64,000 nucleotides of DNA from Patescibacteria group bacterium. GTDB taxonomy: Bacteria; Patescibacteriota; Minisyncoccia; Minisyncoccales; UBA5738. A program made the translations under genes and the position numbers. A model generated the notes under the pieces. That model was not told the origin of the DNA, did not search any database, and was given only the letters and a program-made list of their open reading frames with translations. The DNA is taken from positions 65,172 to 129,171 of the forward strand of contig JAXDBQ010000039.1 in the NCBI GenBank assembly GCA_034678605.1, read 5' to 3'. This document shows positions 35,065-43,816 of this stretch, piece by piece. Each line of letters starts with the position of its first letter. Position 1 is the first letter of the stretch.

Positions 35065-35120
35065 AGCAAACATTGAACATTAATCTTTGAACATTGACGA
35101 TTAACCATTGACCATAAACG

Positions 35121-35147
35121 AAAAACTCCGGCTTTGCCGGAGTTTTT
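35121..35147 (+). terminator. intrinsic (bidirectional-type) terminator after nrdD
   Basis: The sequence is aaaaaCTCCGG-ctttg-CCGGAGttttt. Confidence 0.7.
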
Positions 35148-35209
35148 GGCATTTATTCTCCCTTTTGAAAAGGGAGCACTTGCTCAAATTTTGAGCAAGG
35201 AGGGATTTG
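35148..35209 (+). repeat. 60-nt dispersed repeat (partner of 20430-20489)
   Basis: The sequence is ggcatttattCTCCCttttgaaaaGGGAGcaCTTGCTCAAattTTGAGCAAGgagggatttg. Confidence 0.85.
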
Positions 35210-35295
35210 TTTCGGGTTGTTGCTATGCCACTCTTGACAAAATCCAAAAAAGGTGTATAATAATTGTATTGAAAATTTCATAGGGATTGGTTGAG

Positions 35296-36015
35296 ATGAG
35301 TGGAGTTACTATCAAGACGCTTGCCCCGAGCAAGCAGGTTGAGCCAGTTGCGAACAATGATCACAATAATTCTTTGCCACTTATTATTAAAAAAAGCGAA
35401 GCGGCAGAGATGTACTATCTCGTGATTAATAAACCTCTTGATTGGCAACCGCCGATCGCTGAGGGTGAAGCTAAAACCTGGATGATCGATCGGCAAGAAT
35501 ACCGGCAGATCATGAAGGAGCGCGGGCTGAGGAGCGAAAATGATGATTCCAGATGGATGCCCGTATTTGGAGAAGGCGAGCTTGTCTTACCTTGGGTTTA
35601 TAGGGTAGATATGTCTCGGTTTGTTGATAGTCTTATCGACAACGAGTACTATATTGTTTCTTGCGAAACCGATCTCGTCAAGAAGACGAAAACGGTCCGA
35701 GGGAAACAGCAAGATGTAACAGAGAGGAAGGTCTGGATCGGCTTTGTGGCAAAGCGTTCCTATGAAGAACCCAAGGCAGAAGAGTTCAAGAATCTTAAGA
35801 AGCGGATCCTTGATTGGCTTGAGAAAGATATGTTTGCTCATGGAAAAAGAGTGAATGTTTCTATCTATGCCAATTTGATGGAGAGACTTAAGGATGGTGT
35901 TCGAGAAACGGCGATGCAAATGGCAATGACCTTCGACCGCGAGATCGATGTGGATCCGCGAGAAAAGAGTCCTCGTCTCATAGTCAGGGAAAATGGTCTC
36001 TTGTTGAGGCAATAA
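35296..36015 (+). CDS. hypothetical protein (orphan, island gene 1)
   Basis: ORF of about 240 aa with no motif I recognise. Its codon choice looks different from neighbours (more AAG, GAG, CTT and AGG by eye). Confidence 0.45.
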   Translation: MSGVTIKTLAPSKQVEPVANNDHNNSLPLIIKKSEAAEMYYLVINKPLDWQPPIAEGEAKTWMIDRQEYRQIMKERGLRSENDDSRWMPVFGEGELVLPWVYRVDMSRFVDSLIDNEYYIVSCETDLVKKTKTVRGKQQDVTERKVWIGFVAKRSYEEPKAEEFKNLKKRILDWLEKDMFAHGKRVNVSIYANLMERLKDGVRETAMQMAMTFDREIDVDPREKSPRLIVRENGLLLRQ

Positions 36016-36125
36016 CGATTTCCTGATGCCAATTCAAACGATTAAGGCTGGATTCTGCGAAAGCGGATATCCGGCCATATTTTTTAATAATTTAAAATTT
36101 AAAATTTTTGCTATAATCAAAAAAT

Positions 36126-37262
36126 ATGGATGCAATTCAAAAAAGGCAGGTTTATAGGGTTTTGCTGAACGCGAAGGTTTTTGCGTTATTGCCGGAGAAT
36201 CTCAAAAACTATTTGCGGGTTATGGTTGACCAAGAGGATGTGGCGCTTCGGGGCGGCGCGGTGAAATTAGTTGTTTTGACATCGTTGATGCTGCAAGGGA
36301 AGCTGAATGATCGGAAGCGGTGGGAGGCGGAGCGCAAAGTTAATGATTTTGATGTATCTTTTGTTTATAAGCAGCTGCCGGTTGAATTGAAAAATGAAGT
36401 GGCGGAAAAATTCAATCGCATAAAAACCAAGCTGGATGCGGTGGGCGTTCCGTTGGCGGCCAAAGATGTTGATATCATCGAAGAGCCAACGCAGGAAAGA
36501 GCGGCGGCCCGGATTGTCGGTTTTATTGATATGACCATCAACGAAGTGACGATGATGCCGCAAAACCGGCAATGGTATTTTTATTACACGCCGCAATGTT
36601 ATCGCGCGCTGTCCGAGGGTTTGGGGATTTCCAATCCGCAGCCGGGCCATTTTTGGTTCAATGCCGGCCGGATAATTCCGTCGTCGTTCCAAATGATAAG
36701 GTTGGTAAAGTTTCTTGCCGCGGGAAAGGTAGACAAGATTTATTTGCCCAAGTGGTGGGTGGCGCTTTACATGGAGAATTATCAAAAGAAGGTGGCGGCC
36801 GGGGAGATGCCGGACAGAGCGCCGCTGGGGTTTTATTCGCTGGTGCTGATGAAAAATTATTTTGGCGACAAGCCGTTGCTGCAAAAGCGGGCGATGGTGG
36901 CGCTTTATGACCTGGGGTTCACCGATATGCTGGACCCTGAATTGTATATCCGCCAGCAGGAACAGATTTTCAAGGATTCGGGAACCAAATTCGAGCAAAC
37001 CGATTTTACCATCGAAGAAGTGGTTGATCGTTATTTGGAGGGCAAACGCAAAAAAGAGGAAAGCCAAAACATTCGGCGGCAGGCGCGGGCAAATTGCGTC
37101 CATGAATTTGAAATGATAAATTGCGATTTGTGTGGCAAAAATCGTTGCGTGATCGAGAATTGCGCCAATTGCGGCAAGAACAAAACCGGCGGAATTTTGC
37201 CCTGCACTTTTCGCATGCAAACCGGTCAAACCGATCCGGCCGGGTTTTACGAAATCAAATAA
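36126..37262 (+). CDS. hypothetical protein with C-terminal Cys-rich zinc-ribbon-like cluster (island gene 2)
   Basis: 378 aa. The C-terminus is CVHEFEMINCDLCGKNRCVIENCANCGKNKTGGILPC, and the rest is unrecognised. Confidence 0.5.
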   Translation: MDAIQKRQVYRVLLNAKVFALLPENLKNYLRVMVDQEDVALRGGAVKLVVLTSLMLQGKLNDRKRWEAERKVNDFDVSFVYKQLPVELKNEVAEKFNRIKTKLDAVGVPLAAKDVDIIEEPTQERAAARIVGFIDMTINEVTMMPQNRQWYFYYTPQCYRALSEGLGISNPQPGHFWFNAGRIIPSSFQMIRLVKFLAAGKVDKIYLPKWWVALYMENYQKKVAAGEMPDRAPLGFYSLVLMKNYFGDKPLLQKRAMVALYDLGFTDMLDPELYIRQQEQIFKDSGTKFEQTDFTIEEVVDRYLEGKRKKEESQNIRRQARANCVHEFEMINCDLCGKNRCVIENCANCGKNKTGGILPCTFRMQTGQTDPAGFYEIK

Positions 37263-37415
37263 TTTGAAATCGAGGTGAGAAAAATTCTAACTTGGAGTTG
37301 ACAAACCGGGTTCGAGTCGAAATTTGATAAAAAGTTTGTCATTTCGCGCGTTAAAGGTGAGAAAAATTCTAATCTTTGGATGACAAAATGGCAATATTTA
37401 CCAGAATGTTTAAAT

Positions 37416-37480
37416 TTGACCGGAGGTTTAGTTTTGTTATAATCTAACCAGAGGTTAGCTTTAAGCTAACTTTCAGTTAG
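37416..37480 (+). promoter_or_regulatory. candidate abiEi promoter with alternating CTAAC/GTTAG half-sites
   Basis: TTGACC (37416-21), a 16-nt spacer and TATAAT (37438-43) are followed by CTAAC(37444) GTTAG(37454) CTAAC(37466) GTTAG(37476). This includes the palindrome GTTAGCT-tta-AGCTAAC. Confidence 0.5.
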
Positions 37481-37484
37481 AATT

Positions 37485-38081
37485 ATGAATAAATTGGCGC
37501 AAAAGGGCGATTTTTTGGATATTTTATTGCGGTCGAAAAAAACCGTGTTTTCCGTGCGGGATGTGGTATTGTTGTGGGGCGATTCGAATATCGGCGCGGT
37601 GAAAGTGCGCTTGCATTCCTATGTCAACGCCAAAAAATTGATCCGTTTGCGGAAAGGAATTTACGCGAAAGACGCCGGCTATAATAAATACGAACTTGCA
37701 AATCGTATTTTGCGGCCGTCCTATGTGAGTTTTGAAACGGTGCTGGCGGCGGCGGGCATCACTTTCCAGTATTACGAACGGATTTTTTCGGCTTCCTATG
37801 TCAAAAGAGAAGTTTTTTGCGATGGCGCGGTCTATGAATTTTTTGCGATCAAAAACAGCGTTTTAACCAATCCCGCGGGCATTGATCAGAGCAACGAATG
37901 TTCGATTTCGACGCCGGAGCGGGCGTTTTTGGACACGGTATACCGGAGCAAGGATTATCATTTTGATAATTTGAATCCGTTGAATTGGGAAAAAGTTTTT
38001 GAAATTTTGCCGATTTACGAAAATAAAAAAATGAACGAAAAGGTCAACCAATATTATAAATGGTCCAAGTCCGAAGAATAA
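37485..38081 (+). CDS. abiEi: AbiEi-like antitoxin / transcriptional regulator (type IV TA)
   Basis: 198 aa with an N-terminal wHTH-like segment ending LIRLRKGIYA. It lies immediately upstream of the AbiEii gene (stop, 1 nt, then ATG). Confidence 0.65.
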   Translation: MNKLAQKGDFLDILLRSKKTVFSVRDVVLLWGDSNIGAVKVRLHSYVNAKKLIRLRKGIYAKDAGYNKYELANRILRPSYVSFETVLAAAGITFQYYERIFSASYVKREVFCDGAVYEFFAIKNSVLTNPAGIDQSNECSISTPERAFLDTVYRSKDYHFDNLNPLNWEKVFEILPIYENKKMNEKVNQYYKWSKSEE

Positions 38082-38082
38082 T

Positions 38083-38784
38083 ATGCTCAATATCGCGGCT
38101 CACAAAGATATTTTGCTTCGAATTTTGCGGGATATTTATTCCGATGAAACGATCGGGCCGTTTTTGGGATTCAAGGGCGGAACTGCGGCTTATTTGTTCT
38201 ACGGTTTGGATCGCTTTTCGGTTGATTTGGACTTCGATCTGCTCGACAGCGGCAAAAAAGAATTTGTTTTTAACCGCATCCAAGAAATAATTAAAAAATA
38301 CGGCGATATTAAAGACGCGAGAATCAAAAGATTTAATTTGTTTTTTTTGCTTTCATGCCATAATCGGCAAAAAGGCGCGCAAAACGTCAAGATTGAAATA
38401 AACCATCGCGGTTTTATTTCTCGCTATGAAGTATTGTCGTTTATGGGAATTCCGATGCGAGTTATGGATAAGGAAGACATGTTTGCTTGCAAGTTGACGG
38501 CAATGTATGATCGTCTCGGAAGAACCAACCGGGATATTTACGATGTTTGGTTTTTTGGAAAAAGTATGTGGCCGATTAATAAAAAAATCGCGGAAAAGAA
38601 TTCAAAAATGGCTTATGGCGAATTATTGAATAAAATCCTTGAAAAACTTAAAAAATTCAACGGCAAAAAAATTTTGGATGGATTAGGGGAATTATTAAAC
38701 GAAAAACAAAAGGATTGGGTGCGCAAAAATTTGTTGAAAGAAGTCATTTTTCAAATTAAATTAATGGCGCAAGAACAATCATGA
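38083..38784 (+). CDS. abiEii: AbiEii/AbiGii-family nucleotidyltransferase toxin (DUF1814)
   Basis: It carries the motif FKGGTAAYLFYGLDRFSVDLDFD, and later RDIYD. Its stop overlaps the nrdG ATG (ATGA). Confidence 0.8.
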   Translation: MLNIAAHKDILLRILRDIYSDETIGPFLGFKGGTAAYLFYGLDRFSVDLDFDLLDSGKKEFVFNRIQEIIKKYGDIKDARIKRFNLFFLLSCHNRQKGAQNVKIEINHRGFISRYEVLSFMGIPMRVMDKEDMFACKLTAMYDRLGRTNRDIYDVWFFGKSMWPINKKIAEKNSKMAYGELLNKILEKLKKFNGKKILDGLGELLNEKQKDWVRKNLLKEVIFQIKLMAQEQS

Positions 38785-39494
38785 AAATTTCGGCGATACA
38801 AAAAACCACGTTGATCGATTATCCGGGGCGGGTGGCGGCCACGGTTTTTACCGTTGGCTGCAATTTTCGGTGTCCGTGGTGTTATTCCAAGGAATTGGTC
38901 TTGCCGGAATTGATCGCCAAACAGCCGGAAATTTCCGAAAATGAGGTTTTTGAATTTTTGCAAACCAAACAAGGATTGCTGGAAGGGGTGGTTGTCTGCG
39001 GGGGAGAGCCGACATTGCATTCGGATTTGCCGGAGTTTGCCAAAAAGATCAAGGACTTGGGATTTTTGGTTAAATTGGATACCAACGGTTCAAACCCGAA
39101 GATGTTAAAAGATCTGATCGATAAAAAACTGATCGATTATGTTGCCATGGACATCAAGCTTCCCAAAGAAAGATATTCCAAGCTTTTTGCCAATAATAAT
39201 ATAACCGCGGGGGATATTGAAGAGAGTATCAGGATTTTGAAAAATAGCGAAATTGATTTTGAATTCCGCACCACGGTCGCGCCCGGGGTTCACACGCCCG
39301 ACGACTTGGGCCAAATGGCCCGCTGGATCGGCCAAGAGATTCCCGGCCGCTTGCCCAAATATTTTTTGCAAAATTTCCGCTCCGGCCGCAACATTGATCC
39401 GGTTTTTGAAGCCAAAAAGCCGTTCGGCCCGGAATTTTTCGAACAAGCCCTGGGCAAGATCAAACCCTTTGTCCCAAATTGCCGCGTGCGATGA
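38781..39494 (+). CDS. nrdG: anaerobic ribonucleotide reductase activating protein (radical SAM)
   Basis: It has the CNFRCPWC (CX3CX2C) cluster, GVVVCGGEPTL and a size of 237 aa. Confidence 0.88.
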   Translation: MKISAIQKTTLIDYPGRVAATVFTVGCNFRCPWCYSKELVLPELIAKQPEISENEVFEFLQTKQGLLEGVVVCGGEPTLHSDLPEFAKKIKDLGFLVKLDTNGSNPKMLKDLIDKKLIDYVAMDIKLPKERYSKLFANNNITAGDIEESIRILKNSEIDFEFRTTVAPGVHTPDDLGQMARWIGQEIPGRLPKYFLQNFRSGRNIDPVFEAKKPFGPEFFEQALGKIKPFVPNCRVR

Positions 39495-39505
39495 ATTTAG
39501 TATGG

Positions 39506-39538
39506 TAAGTGTAGCAAGGTTTCACCTTGCTACACTTA
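39506..39538. repeat. REP hairpin, GTGTAGCAAGG family
   Basis: The sequence is taaGTGTAGCAAGGtttcaCCTTGCTACACtta. Confidence 0.9.
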
Positions 39539-39548
39539 CGCGATCAAA

Positions 39549-39842
39549 ATGATGGTTCCAAAATACGATCTGGAGAAAATAAAAGCCGGGGTGGAGGAAA
39601 AAAAATGGCAACGGGCGGCGGATTTGTACAGCCGTGGCATGGTGGCCGAATTTGAGGAAACACCCAACGGCTTTACGGCGCTGGTTTCGGGAACTCATCC
39701 ATACGACGTCGCGGTATCGGAAACTGATTTTCGTCAAGGCGATTGCAGCTGTTTTATGGGTAGCAACGGCACAGTTTGCAAGCACATGCTGGCGCTGGCG
39801 ATCCACGCGGTCTTGCGCGGCGCACCCATTGTCAAAAGTTAA
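39549..39842 (+). CDS. SWIM zinc-finger protein
   Basis: The sequence CSCFMGSNGTVCKHMLALAIH is a CxC...CxH SWIM signature. Confidence 0.7.
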   Translation: MMVPKYDLEKIKAGVEEKKWQRAADLYSRGMVAEFEETPNGFTALVSGTHPYDVAVSETDFRQGDCSCFMGSNGTVCKHMLALAIHAVLRGAPIVKS

Positions 39843-39872
39843 TAGTTAAAGGTTAATAGTTAAAAGTTATCC

Positions 39873-41366
39873 ATGGTTTATCCGCAGATATTTTTGTGGG
39901 GGTGTTGCGCGGCGCTGGTTGGGGTGGGGGCGGCGTCGCTGGTTGGGATTTCAAATTTTTTGTTTTGGTTGTTGGCGGCGGGAGCCATTTTTTTGTTTTT
40001 GGGCGGTTTGATCGGCCGCAAGCATAAAATTGCCGTGGCTGGAATTTTTTGCTTTTGTTTTGTTTTGGGATTTTGGCGGTTTAAGGTTGCGTGGCAAAAA
40101 ATCCAAGATAATGATTTGAAAAAATTAAACGGCCAAACCGTGGAAATCAGCGGCCGGATCGCCAATGATCCGGTTTTGAGCGAGGCCAGCCAGCAAATTA
40201 TTTTGCGGCCCGACGGACTCAAGGGAAAGATCTTGGTACTGGCGAGCCGCTGGCCGGAATACAAATATGGCGATGTGATAAAATTCACGGCCAACTTGGA
40301 AGCGCCGCAACCGTTTTCCGGATTCGATTACAAAAACTATTTGGCCAAGGACGGGATTTATTCAATGGCTCGCTATCCGGAAATTGAGTTGATCGGCCGG
40401 GGCGAGGGCAATTTGATCTATTCGGGATTGCTGCGGATCAAGCACAAACTAAAAGCGGGGATTGGCCAGGCAATGCCGGCGCCGCACAATTCATTGTTGA
40501 TCGCGATCTTGTTGGGTGACCAAAGCGGGTTGTGCGATTGTTCGGCCAAGGAATTGGCGGCCGATCCGGAGTGCGCCAAATTGAAGGAAAAAATGAACAT
40601 TGCCGGATTGCGCCATTTGGCCGCGGTTTCGGGCGCGCACGTGGCGATTATGGCCAATATTATCGCGCCGTTTTTAATCGCGTTGGGATGGTGGCGGCAA
40701 AAAGCGTTGTGGGCAACGCTGGCGTTCGTTTGGCTGTTCGTGGCGATGATCGGCTTGCCGGCCTCGGCCGTGCGGGCGGCAATTATGGGCGGGTTGATGA
40801 TTGTGGCCAAAATTATTGGCCGGCCGGGCGAAAGTTTGCGCTTGATGGTGATCGCCGCTTTTTTTATGGCCTGGCAAAATCCACTGGTTTTGCGATTTGA
40901 TGTCGGGTTCCAATTGTCGTTTTTGGCGGTGGCGGGCATGATATTTTTTGCCCGGCCGATCGAATTCAAATTAAAAGCATTGCCGGAATTTTTGCGCCAA
41001 TCAATTGCGGTGACATTGGCGGCGTTTGTTTTCACCTTGCCGCTGTTGGCCTATAATTTTGGCAATGTGTCGGCCTATGGCTTGCCGGCCAATGTGCTGG
41101 CCGGGCCGATCGTGCCGTTTATCACGATCTACGGCTTTGTGTTGGCGATTGCCGCGGCGATTGGCCCGATTTTGGGTTGGCTGTTGTTCTTGCCGATGTG
41201 GTTGGCGTTATCCTATTTGTTGGTGATCGCCAACATATTTTCGCAATTACCCGGCGCCAAATTAAGTTTTGAAATCGGACATTTCTGGCTGGCGTTATCC
41301 TATTTTATTTTGGGTATTATCGCTTGGCGCGCCAAAGAAAAACAAAAACTGGAAAATTTGATTTGA
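39873..41366 (+). CDS. comEC: ComEC/Rec2 competence membrane channel (no beta-lactamase domain)
   Basis: 497 aa and polytopic, with a DUF4131-like N-terminus and the core GLRHLAAVSGAHVAI. Confidence 0.85.
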   Translation: MVYPQIFLWGCCAALVGVGAASLVGISNFLFWLLAAGAIFLFLGGLIGRKHKIAVAGIFCFCFVLGFWRFKVAWQKIQDNDLKKLNGQTVEISGRIANDPVLSEASQQIILRPDGLKGKILVLASRWPEYKYGDVIKFTANLEAPQPFSGFDYKNYLAKDGIYSMARYPEIELIGRGEGNLIYSGLLRIKHKLKAGIGQAMPAPHNSLLIAILLGDQSGLCDCSAKELAADPECAKLKEKMNIAGLRHLAAVSGAHVAIMANIIAPFLIALGWWRQKALWATLAFVWLFVAMIGLPASAVRAAIMGGLMIVAKIIGRPGESLRLMVIAAFFMAWQNPLVLRFDVGFQLSFLAVAGMIFFARPIEFKLKALPEFLRQSIAVTLAAFVFTLPLLAYNFGNVSAYGLPANVLAGPIVPFITIYGFVLAIAAAIGPILGWLLFLPMWLALSYLLVIANIFSQLPGAKLSFEIGHFWLALSYFILGIIAWRAKEKQKLENLI

Positions 41367-41390
41367 CAGGCGGGAGCGGGGGGGCAAAAT
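41363..41390 (+). promoter_or_regulatory. cassette A promoter: TTGACA-16 nt (ending G7)-CAAAAT
   Basis: The block tgatTTGACAggcgggagcGGGGGGGcaaaat has its -35 overlapping the comEC stop. The block is conserved at 43774 and 54535. Confidence 0.65.
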
Positions 41391-41491
41391 AGTCAAAAAG
41401 TAAAAATGAAAAAGTAAAAATTGGAATTAAAATCCAATTTTGAAAAATAACCTTCAAAGATCAAAAATAATAATAAGATTTTTGAAAAAAT

Positions 41492-41878
41492 ATGGTTAGA
41501 GAAAATTTATATACTGAAGCAATTGAAATCCAAGAAGAGGGTGAGCCGAAAGTTGAAGTTTTTAAAAATATAGGCGATGGGGCGGATGTAGAAATCAGTT
41601 CTTTTATCGAAGAAGGCAAAAAAAATAAGGTGACAAGCGTTTTAGCATTGTCGTCAATTTTGGGGATTGTATCGTCGGAAGTGATATCAATGGCAAAAAA
41701 TATTATTGTTGCCGAGGTTTTACAAATTGCACCGCGAACTCCGGATTATACCGCTGCTTTAATCGATTTGGATAATGTTTCCGCGGGGATGCTTATTGCT
41801 TCCTTAATTTTGGGTGGGGCTGCTTTGCGAAGTTACGCGAAATCGTTGGAAAAAAATTCAGCTATAACCGAAAAATAA
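41492..41878 (+). CDS. cassette A variable protein (acidic N-terminus, two hydrophobic segments)
   Basis: 128 aa with no known motif. It occupies the same position as 43893-44801 and 54713-55180 in the paralogous cassettes. Confidence 0.55.
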   Translation: MVRENLYTEAIEIQEEGEPKVEVFKNIGDGADVEISSFIEEGKKNKVTSVLALSSILGIVSSEVISMAKNIIVAEVLQIAPRTPDYTAALIDLDNVSAGMLIASLILGGAALRSYAKSLEKNSAITEK

Positions 41879-41932
41879 ATTTAAAATGATGAATAACAGA
41901 AATTTATTAAAATAAATTAATTAAAATATCTT

Positions 41933-42304
41933 ATGGATAACAAAAATCAACAAATGCAGGAAGCGTTGAAAAAGGTTTATACAATTCTTAAATTCAGTGA
42001 GAAAGAGGTTAAGGACGCGTTAAATGACTTGGCGGGGATTCAGCAGGTGGCGGTGGCCACCGAGTTGGTGAAGGTTTTGACCGAAGATGAGGTGAAAACG
42101 CTCAATGATTTGGCGCAAAAGAGCGACGCGGAGAAAAAGGCGGCCATGGAGCAGATCGCCAAGGCGCACGCGGGTGACGAAAATTTCAAAAAGGCGGCGG
42201 CCGAGGCGGCCAAAAGGGTGGTTGACGAGCATGCGGCTTATCTGAAAACCCGGGGCGACGAGGCGCAAAAGGCCGAGATTGCCAAGATCCTTTCGGAAAT
42301 TTAA
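41933..42304 (+). CDS. cassette A conserved ~123-aa helical protein
   Basis: It is near-identical to 55374-55742 and homologous to 44825-45196. All three share the end DEHxxYLKTxGDEAQKAEIAKIL. Confidence 0.75.
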   Translation: MDNKNQQMQEALKKVYTILKFSEKEVKDALNDLAGIQQVAVATELVKVLTEDEVKTLNDLAQKSDAEKKAAMEQIAKAHAGDENFKKAAAEAAKRVVDEHAAYLKTRGDEAQKAEIAKILSEI

Positions 42305-42426
42305 TTATACGCTCCGTTAAACATTTAATCATGAGGGCAGGCGCAAGGGCTTGCCCTTTTGATATGTGGATATTATTGTTCCATGATTATTGCGTTGTAG
42401 GACAATATTTGCTATTATTGTTCTAT

Positions 42427-43719
42427 ATGGAACCAAATATAAAACAATTATTGCGCCAGATCGTGGGAGATTGGCAAAATGGCGTGTTGCCGCGAATTTG
42501 CGATCGGGAAACCGATCTGGCGGATTATTTTGATCCGAAGTTGAAAAAAATAATCGCGGTGACCGGTTTTAGGCGCGTGGGCAAAACCTTTTCTTTGTTT
42601 AACTTTGCCAAAAAATATGGCAAGGAAAATTGCGTTTATTTCAATTGTGAGGACGAAAGATTACCCAAAGAGACCTATGTTTTGACGCAATTGGCGGAGG
42701 TTTTGCCGGAGTTGTATGGAGATAAGCCGCTGGTTTTGCTGGTTGATGAAATTCAGGAAATTCCCGATTGGAGCCGCTGGGCGCGCCGGATAAATGAATC
42801 CGGTGATTATCGTTTGGTTTTGAGCGGATCTTCGTCAAAATTGTCTTCGGCCGAGATTCCCACGGAATTGCGCGGCCGGACGCTCAATGTGCGAATGTTT
42901 CCGTTGAATTGGCGGGAATATTTAAAATTCAAAAACGAGGATTTTTTCAAATTGGCGCCCGAAAAAAGATTTTTTATGTTGCGCGATTTTTTGTTTTTTG
43001 GCGGTTTGCCTGAAATTGTTTTGGCGCAAGAAGGATTGCGGCCGATGCTTTTGGACGATTATTATCAAACATTCGTCCAGCGCGACATTATCGGCCGGGA
43101 AAAAATAAGAAACAAAAACGCCTTGCGCGATCTTTTGAAGCTGGCGCTAAACAGCCGGTTTTTCACCTATTCCAAATTCGCCGGCAATTTAAAAAGCATG
43201 GGGCACAAGATCGGCAAGGCCACGGTGATTGATTATTTGCGCGCGGCGCAAAACGCGTATTTTGTTTCGATTTTGGAAACCGGATCGCCAAGCGTCAAAA
43301 AAAGATCGCAATCCGGCAAAAAAATCTATCCGGTGGACACATTTTTTTCCCATCGCTATGGCGCGGCGTTTTCGCAAAATCTGGGCCATTTGATGGAGCA
43401 AGCGGTTTATTTGGAATTATTGAGAAAAAAATCTAAAGACGGACTTTTGGAGATATTTTTTTGGAAAGATTACCGGGGACGCGAAGTTGATTTTATGCTG
43501 GCCAAAAACGGCCGCATGGAAAAACTTTGCCAAACCACTTTTGCCGAAAACTTGGCCGATTTGGCGCCGCGGGAAACCGAATCGCTGTTTTTGGCCGGGC
43601 AAAAATTTCCCGGCGCCGATCTGGCGGTCATCACTTGGGATTTGGAAACTCAACTGCAAAAAAACGGCCAAACGATAAAATTCATTCCGTTATGGAAATT
43701 TTTACATGATCAACAATAA
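42427..43719 (+). CDS. AAA-type ATPase with DUF4143-like C-terminal domain
   Basis: It has Walker A VTGFRRVGKT and Walker B LLVDEIQ. The start is taken at MEPNIKQ. The architecture is as in the AAA_14/DUF4143 family. Confidence 0.8.
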   Translation: MEPNIKQLLRQIVGDWQNGVLPRICDRETDLADYFDPKLKKIIAVTGFRRVGKTFSLFNFAKKYGKENCVYFNCEDERLPKETYVLTQLAEVLPELYGDKPLVLLVDEIQEIPDWSRWARRINESGDYRLVLSGSSSKLSSAEIPTELRGRTLNVRMFPLNWREYLKFKNEDFFKLAPEKRFFMLRDFLFFGGLPEIVLAQEGLRPMLLDDYYQTFVQRDIIGREKIRNKNALRDLLKLALNSRFFTYSKFAGNLKSMGHKIGKATVIDYLRAAQNAYFVSILETGSPSVKKRSQSGKKIYPVDTFFSHRYGAAFSQNLGHLMEQAVYLELLRKKSKDGLLEIFFWKDYRGREVDFMLAKNGRMEKLCQTTFAENLADLAPRETESLFLAGQKFPGADLAVITWDLETQLQKNGQTIKFIPLWKFLHDQQ

Positions 43720-43734
43720 AAAAAATCGCGAAAT

Positions 43735-43766
43735 GGCGCAAGGATTTACCTTGCGCCGTTTTTTTG
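43735..43766 (+). terminator. intrinsic terminator
   Basis: GGCGCAAGG-attta-CCTTGCGCC is followed by gTTTTTTT. Confidence 0.85.
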
Positions 43767-43773
43767 TATTGAT

Positions 43774-43802
43774 TTGACAGGCGGAAGCGGGGGGGGTATT
43801 AT
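43774..43802 (+). promoter_or_regulatory. cassette B promoter: TTGACA-17 nt (ending G8)-TATTAT
   Basis: The sequence is tgatTTGACAggcggaagcGGGGGGGGTATTAT. Confidence 0.7.
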
Positions 43803-43816
43803 TAAGGCAAAAGTCT

